NCBI GenBank assembly: GCA_038320495.1
Contig: JBBQEG010000001.1
Location: 11,652 to 75,651 of the forward strand
From: Opitutales bacterium
Lineage (GTDB): Bacteria > Verrucomicrobiota > Verrucomicrobiia > Opitutales > Opitutaceae
Reading direction: 5' to 3'
DNA length: 64,000 bases
Of the stretch, positions 58,577 through 64,000 are shown one piece after another. How positions within the stretch are numbered: position 1 is the stretch's first letter; each line of letters begins with the position of its first letter. The notes under the pieces were generated by a model. The model did no database searches. It worked only from the letters and a program-made list of their open reading frames with translations, and had not been told where the DNA came from. Made by a program: the position numbers and the translations under genes.

Positions 58577-58992
58577 CAAATCGGGTAAACCTCGGGGCGT
58601 CCGCCCTGATATCAGCGGCGATGGCCGCGGCTGGCGCGATGAAGGCTTGGAACCCAGCAGAATTCTTGATAGCGATCGAGCGTTATGAACTCGTGCCAGG
58701 CTGGCTGGCTCTGGGAGCATCGTTCTACGTTCCATGGCTCGAAATTGCGATCGCAGTGGGCATCTGGCCTCGCGGCTTTCGTCGTGTCGCCACGGCACTA
58801 GCCATTGGGCTGGGGCTCGTTTTCGTGGCTTTCACGTGGAGCGCATATTGGCGCGGTTTGGACGTGAAATGCGGGTGTTTCGGCGCAGCGTCAGACGGCG
58901 GGGGCGTGACCGCGGCAGTCCGAGCTTCACTTTTCGTGGCCGTGGGGGCTGCGGCGTATTGGTCGCTCTGTCGCCAGACGCGACCCAATTGA
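58555..58992 (+). CDS. MauE/DoxX-family membrane protein
   Basis: AG..K..NP..F, PWLE, RGLDVKCGCFG. Confidence 0.88.
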   Translation: MGNTGQVANRVNLGASALISAAMAAAGAMKAWNPAEFLIAIERYELVPGWLALGASFYVPWLEIAIAVGIWPRGFRRVATALAIGLGLVFVAFTWSAYWRGLDVKCGCFGAASDGGGVTAAVRASLFVAVGAAAYWSLCRQTRPN

Positions 58993-59204
58993 TTCGGATG
59001 GCGGCCTGGACAATGGCAACGTGGGGCATCCCGAGCGCCGGGTTGTCATACACCTTAAACAATGCGACGAAATCTTGAGTTAGATCGCTTTCGGGTTGAC
59101 ATAGAGCGGGTGCTTTCCCGAAAGTGTTGAGATGACACAGCGAATGGCAAATGCCCCCGCTGGATGTTGAGTGTATCCCCCAAAAAAAGGAAGGAAAGCT
59201 ACAC

Positions 59205-59468
59205 ATGAACACAAGAAACGAGGCGACGTCATCGAGAATACGTTCGCTGTTGGCGGTGCCCGCCATCGGCATAGCCGCAGCGGTTCCCGGTCAAATGTTC
59301 GGCGAGTGCATCGCGGGCGCCTGCCAGGACGCAACCGGGCACTACGAATACGAATGTCCCGCGGCTTGCTGCGACGGCGGAGGCCAATATTGTCACCTGG
59401 CCGGCCCCTATCCGATCCCCAGTACCTGCGACGGATGGTATGCTGAGTGCGATGATGGCATCTGCTGA
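59205..59468 (+). CDS. Small exported cysteine-rich peptide (87 aa, 9 Cys)
   Basis: AAGGAAGG RBS, TTGACA at 59096, hydrophobic leader, Cys-rich acidic core, own terminator. Confidence 0.78.
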   Translation: MNTRNEATSSRIRSLLAVPAIGIAAAVPGQMFGECIAGACQDATGHYEYECPAACCDGGGQYCHLAGPYPIPSTCDGWYAECDDGIC

Positions 59469-59495
59469 CATCCACCGTCAACCGTGAGGTCTATT

Positions 59496-59527
59496 GGCCA
59501 AGCGCACGTGCGCTTGGCCTTTTGTTT
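59496..59527 (+). terminator. Intrinsic terminator after the peptide gene
   Basis: Perfect palindrome ggccaagcgcacgtgcgcttggcc followed by ttttgttt. Confidence 0.85.
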
Positions 59528-60138
59528 GTGAACTGTTGACGGACACGACCCCCGCATTGCTCGCGTGTTGGGTTACCACACCCAAATATGTTCTCTGCTC
59601 GACCCAGGCCTGATCGTCGCACATACAACCGACCGTGGAGGGCGCGGCGCTTTAGGTCGCCCTACATCTCCGCGCGCTAGAGGTGGGTCAAGACTCCCAA
59701 ACCTCCGCGAGTCGCCCCAATTCAGCCACAGCTTTACTGGCCAAGGGTCGCGCTGTCGTTGCAAGACGAAGCTTGCTCAGCGGGTCAATAGAATTTCCTA
59801 CCGGATTCTCGGTAGTCCTTGGCCTTCCTTCATCGAGCGCGAACCACGAACATCCTGCCGTGAATTCCCCCTCCAATACTCCCCCGTTTACGGGCTCTAA
59901 TCATTCTCCTGAATCGGCTTTGGTAGGAGCTAGAATTGCAACTTTATTGCATGAGATCGCGCGCCTGCAGCGTGAGATACTGCTGCTGGAGAACGAGTTG
60001 TCCGACAGGGGCGAAAGATGCATTGAGTCGGCTCGTCAAGATTCCGCCCGAGGGGCGTATGCTCGCGTCTACGGATTGACGCCTATGGGGGCGTCACGGT
60101 ATTGACTTGGCGCCTGCGACCCGCGGAATCAATGGCTG

Positions 60139-60522
60139 ATGCCCATCGCGGTCACACAGAGCATACTTTTGGAAAAGCGTAAAAAGCTCGAGGAGTTGCA
60201 GAGGGAGCTTCAGGCGCTACAGCGCGCTGAGTTATTGGCGCTGCCCAAGCGGGTAGGGCTCAAATCGATTGACGAACTGGTGGAACTGCTGGTGCCGTTG
60301 ATGAGCGCGGCACCGAAAGGCGTCATGCGTGGCGAAGGCGCTGGCACGGGCGCGCGAAAGCCGAGGGCTCTCATTACCCCTGATATGCGATCGAAGGCGC
60401 GCCAGTTACTTTCCGCCGGGACGATGACAGCCGATGAGATCGCGCGCCGCGTCGGAGTTTCAACGTCGTTCGTGAACAAGCTGAAGGCGACGGAAGGACT
60501 CACTCGACCAAAGCGCGGGTGA
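60139..60522 (+). CDS. Small coiled-coil + HTH DNA-binding protein
   Basis: N-terminal coiled coil, basic linker, TADEIARRVGVSTSFVNKLK..GL HTH. Confidence 0.75.
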   Translation: MPIAVTQSILLEKRKKLEELQRELQALQRAELLALPKRVGLKSIDELVELLVPLMSAAPKGVMRGEGAGTGARKPRALITPDMRSKARQLLSAGTMTADEIARRVGVSTSFVNKLKATEGLTRPKRG

Positions 60523-60544
60523 GGTGGATAGGAGGCCAGCCGAC

Positions 60545-61621
60545 AGGGTCAACCTGCTGATTGCTGGAGAAAGTATTGGGTGGAGCTGTAGTGCAGCGAA
60601 TCGTTTGCGAAAGAGTAAATAGGGTATACCCCGGATTTGGATAGATCCCGGGATAGCATCGCGGCGGATAAGGCGTTGGGTCGTGCATGGCACGACGACT
60701 TCGCCTGCAATTCCCTGGTGCGCGATATCACATCATCAACCGAGGCAACTTTCGCCAGGCAGTGTTCTCAACCGCGGGTGCCGGACAGGCGTTTGTGACC
60801 ACGTTGGACGAAGCAGCCGAGCGCTTTCGCTGGCGCCTGCACGCGTACATGGTATGTCGAACCACTACCACTTTGCCTTGGAGACACCCGAGCCGAATCT
60901 CGCGGTCGGCATGCATTGGCTTCAGACTACCTATGCGACACGCCACAATCGTTTTCGGAGGCGACATGGGCACCTGTTTCAAGGTCGGTTCAAGTCGCTG
61001 CTGATCGAGGATGCCACCCACCTCGCCCGCGTTGTTGATTATATTCACCTCAATCCGGTGCGAGCCGGCATGGTGCCGGCCGAGCGGGTCGCAGACTATC
61101 AGCCCAGCAGTCTTAACCGCTTCTTGGCCGGGCGGGCGCCAACCTGGCTGGTGGCGTCGGACTTTCTTCAGCTGGCGGGTCTGATCGACTCCCCGCAGAG
61201 TTGGGGACGGTACGTCGAGAACCTCGTCGCCATTGCCACCGCACCGGCGGATGACGAGCGAATGATTCGTGGTGCATATTCAGTCGGCTGGGCGATCGGC
61301 ACCGAAGGCTGGAAGCGCGCGCTCGCCAAGGAGTATGCCCATACCCGCCTCGCTCCGGAGTGGGTAACGGATGAAATCGACAGGTTTCGGCAAGATCGGC
61401 GGCAGCATGAACTCGAGTCTGGCCTGGCAGAGATGGATCGGACACTGGCGGACGCCGCCAACAGTCCAAAGTCGGTTCACTGGGAAACTCGAGCTGGCGT
61501 TTCGATTGCGGCAATCTGTAGCAGCACCGTCCGTTAGATCGCCGAGACTCTCTTCATGGGCTCCCCGTCGTCTGTCCGTGCAGCGCTCTGCCGCTGCCAG
61601 CAGCGATCAGCGGGTTGCCCT
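60545..61621 (+). mobile_element. Degenerate TIR-bounded RAYT-like element, copy 3
   Basis: agggtcaacctgctgattgctg (60545-60566) vs cagcgatcagcgggttgccct (61601-61621); frameshifted transposase from ATG 60687. Confidence 0.75.
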
Positions 61622-61896
61622 CTCGGATCGCCCGATTCGTCCGCGCGACATTCCGTTGCCCCCTGTATTGGGGGTTTCTCGCCCTTTACGTAGGGACACT
61701 GTTCCTCGATGGTCCAATACATGGACAAGCCATCTAACACTATCCTCGGCGTGTTCGCCGTCATCCTGCGCCGTCTAAAGGACGAACAGCAAAATGGGGT
61801 CAGGCCGTTCGAAGTTCCACCGGACCCCAAAGCATACCCTGGTTTAGGTAAAGGCGAGCGTAGCCGTTGGCGTCGAGACACCACTTAGTCCGGCGG

Positions 61897-62400
61897 GTGG
61901 CCAGACGACTGCGCATTCAATTCAGCGGCGCGCTCTATCACGTCATCAATCGCGGGAATTACCGGCGCGACGTTTTTGGAAGCGTTGGCGCGGCTCGGGC
62001 GTTCGAGTCGACCATCGCCAAGGCATGCGACCGCCATCGCTGGTGCCTCCACGCGTATGGCATCATGCCCAATCACTATCATTTGGCGCTGGAAACGCCC
62101 GACCCAAACCTGGTCGAGGGCATGCACTGGTGGCAGAGTACGTTTGCGACGCGATTCAACCGGTTTCGTGGCGAACGAGGACGTCTTTTCCAAGGGCGTT
62201 ATCAGTCTCCGCTGGTCGAAGATGCGCGCGCGCTGGTTCGCGCGATCAATTACATTCACCTCAACCCGGTCCGCGCTCACCTGGTGCCAGCAGCCAATTG
62301 CGCGTCCTTCCGCTGAAGCAGCCTGCGCCGGCTGATGCAAGCCGATCGCCCGAAGTGGCTATGCGGGGAGGCGCTGCTTGGCCAAGCATGTATTCGCCAC
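61897..62400 (+). pseudogene. Truncated RAYT-like transposase, copy 4
   Basis: YHVINRGN, MPNHYHL, YIHLNPVRA; in-frame TGA at 62314 with protein-like sequence continuing; GGGGTCAGG at 61796. Confidence 0.8.
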
Positions 62401-62549
62401 CGCGCCAGGGGCGGAAGTGATGGAGGGAGCCAGTCGTGTTCCTGGACTATCCCGGTAAGAATGCGTCCCGCTTCCCGGGACACAATGAAGATTGAGTCGG
62501 GTTCACCCGAAAGCCGCCGTAAAGAAACAGCGGCCATCACTCTGCGGCA

Positions 62550-63272
62550 CTAGCATCTCCCACTTTCTGGCACTCGCGCCCCAGGATGCTCATGCAAGAC
62601 GACGAAGTGCATCGCTTCGTAAAACACGAGCAACCATACGCCACGCTTCGATTCAATTTGGCGCCAGAATTTAAATTCCCCGTGATTACCTCGACCATCC
62701 CCGCGGGTCTTCGTTTTAAGCTCATGCACAATGTGGAGCTGGAGATCGCGATCCTTCTTCAGAAGCGTAGCGGAATGAATGTCGACCACGTTGAAGGCAT
62801 CGTGCTGATAATCATAATTTGAATGGAACGCTGCGAGCAGTCCCTTCGTGATTCGAATGATTCCGGGAAAAATCTCGTCGGAACGGGTCGTGAACATCGA
62901 CACTTCCTTAGGTCCGGAATGGGTCTCCACAACGGTGTCACGCATCGTCGAAACAACCGACGTGATGAACTTAGGCTGCCGAGCTTTCGCCATCGTTGAA
63001 CCAACCACTTTTTCGAGCATCACCTTTTTCCCCGATGCGTTGCAGGAGATTTCGCTCGCCGCCAACATTCGAAATTTCTCGTCGAACCCGCTTTGTGCGT
63101 TGTTGCACGCGTGACAGGTCGGGACACAGATCATGTCGCCTGGTCTGGGGTCGTCGAATAACCCTTGGGGTGGAACGTGATCGCGCGTGCGGTGCTTCGG
63201 TAAGAGCGGTCCTTGGTGACCAGTCGGAACCTCGGTCAATTCGTCTCCGCATAGGTAGCAGCGCGCTGGCAT
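62550..63272 (-). CDS. HNH-like endonuclease domain protein
   Basis: CYLCG...TRDHVPP...VPTCHACNN. Confidence 0.75.
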   Translation of the reverse strand: MPARCYLCGDELTEVPTGHQGPLLPKHRTRDHVPPQGLFDDPRPGDMICVPTCHACNNAQSGFDEKFRMLAASEISCNASGKKVMLEKVVGSTMAKARQPKFITSVVSTMRDTVVETHSGPKEVSMFTTRSDEIFPGIIRITKGLLAAFHSNYDYQHDAFNVVDIHSATLLKKDRDLQLHIVHELKTKTRGDGRGNHGEFKFWRQIESKRGVWLLVFYEAMHFVVLHEHPGARVPESGRC

Positions 63273-63326
63273 GGCAGTGTGAATTTTTCCGGATTCAGGG
63301 TGTGAAATAGGTGACCGGTTGACGCC

Positions 63327-64000
63327 TCAACGATGCGCGAGAAGTTCAAGATACGGCTTCTCCCAGTTGGTGCCGTAGACTTCTGCCACGAGTTTGAGGT
63401 GCTCGGGTGAGGCGTCGGCTTCGATCTGGTCGAGAAACGCAAGAAACTGGCGGTCTTCGTCGGCGCGCAGCGAGAACAGCTTGGCTGAACCGTTCAACTC
63501 ACGCCGCAGCTTGCCTTGGTGCGCAAGGTGCGAAATCTCCTTGTCCACGAACATGGCGTCGCAAAATGGCGCGTAGGCGGCGACGACATCGATGTCGTTG
63601 AGCATTCCACCGTCGGGAAACTTGTCGGGCTTGCGACCGGAACGGACATCGCGCGCGAGAGTGGCCCAGAACAGTGCGGCTACCCGAGCGAACGGAACCG
63701 TGCGAATCGCCTCGGAGACGAAGAACTCGCGCACGCGAGCGACACGAGTCGAAACGTCGGCGATCGTGTCCGCGCACTCCGCCAGGAGGTGCTGCACGAG
63801 GCTCACTGACGGCGGCGGATAAAGTTCGGCCAGATTTGCCGGCGGCCCGTCCTTTCGCGCCGCCGCCATCATCTCCACAAAACGCGACTGCTCGATCAGC
63901 GGCTCATCTAGCACGACGTCGAGTTGTCCCTCGAAGAACCGGTTGAAATCAAAGTGAGGCATGTCCACCCAGCGCTGGCAGGCCTCATGCAATCGCTGCG
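63327..64000 (-). CDS. Hypothetical protein (5' end outside window)
   Basis: Long open frame; GMLNDIDVVAAYAPFCDAMFVD has a PIN-like acidic pattern (weak). Confidence 0.6.
   Translation of the reverse strand, partial: QRLHEACQRWVDMPHFDFNRFFEGQLDVVLDEPLIEQSRFVEMMAAARKDGPPANLAELYPPPSVSLVQHLLAECADTIADVSTRVARVREFFVSEAIRTVPFARVAALFWATLARDVRSGRKPDKFPDGGMLNDIDVVAAYAPFCDAMFVDKEISHLAHQGKLRRELNGSAKLFSLRADEDRQFLAFLDQIEADASPEHLKLVAEVYGTNWEKPYLELLAHR

Larger units (their letters stand above)
23440..64000. mobile_element. Integrative genomic/defence island (right end not seen)
   Basis: Abrupt switch from housekeeping genes to integrase, xis-like genes, defence genes, transposases and pseudogenes. Confidence 0.75.

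Noticed and set aside
58555-58992. Methylamine utilisation cluster
   Set aside because: Only a MauE-like gene; no mauA, mauB, mauD or mauG in the window
59683-60105. 140-aa ORF with a short coiled coil
   Set aside because: Weak start, low-complexity N-half, no recognisable motif; cannot be supported
61689-61716. GTAG-start REP near RAYT copies
   Set aside because: Single occurrence with a weak palindrome; no second copy found
1-64000. CRISPR array, tRNA or rRNA
   Set aside because: No regularly spaced repeat-spacer series or cloverleaf seen by eye in intergenic regions, including beside the integrase; tRNAscan and CRISPR finders were not run

Overview
GC-rich bacterial DNA. The gene content and protein styles suggest Verrucomicrobiota, possibly Opitutaceae (inference, not a database result). 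Bases 1-23.4 kb are ordinary chromosome: glgX (partial), treZ, ugd, prfA-prmC, tail-specific protease, rhomboid, ferredoxin, TonB-dependent receptor, oligopeptidase A, tamB-tamA and a cupin. From about 23.45 kb to the window end is an accessory island opened by a tyrosine integrase and an excisionase-like gene. The island holds five main things. (i) A six-gene, partly translationally coupled defence operon: MBL-fold hydrolase ending in Gly, E2-E1-JAB fusion, small TM protein, CD-NTase, S-4TM effector and a nuclease-like protein. This looks like an MBL/ubiquitin-like conjugation module joined to CBASS and is the top candidate for an undescribed system. (ii) A divergent pair of an extended AAA_21 ATPase and an SMC/Rad50-like ATPase. 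(iii) Four RAYT-like Y1 transposase genes, three bounded by terminal inverted repeats; two near-identical copies bracket a LuxR-RHS toxin-HEAT immunity-DUF1573 module. (iv) A glycosyltransferase block with an ECF-sigma/methyltransferase-like fusion. (v) A DUF1573-DUF1573-rhodanese-MauE cluster followed by a secreted 9-Cys peptide. No tRNA, rRNA or CRISPR array was found by eye. All family calls come from motif recognition, not searches.
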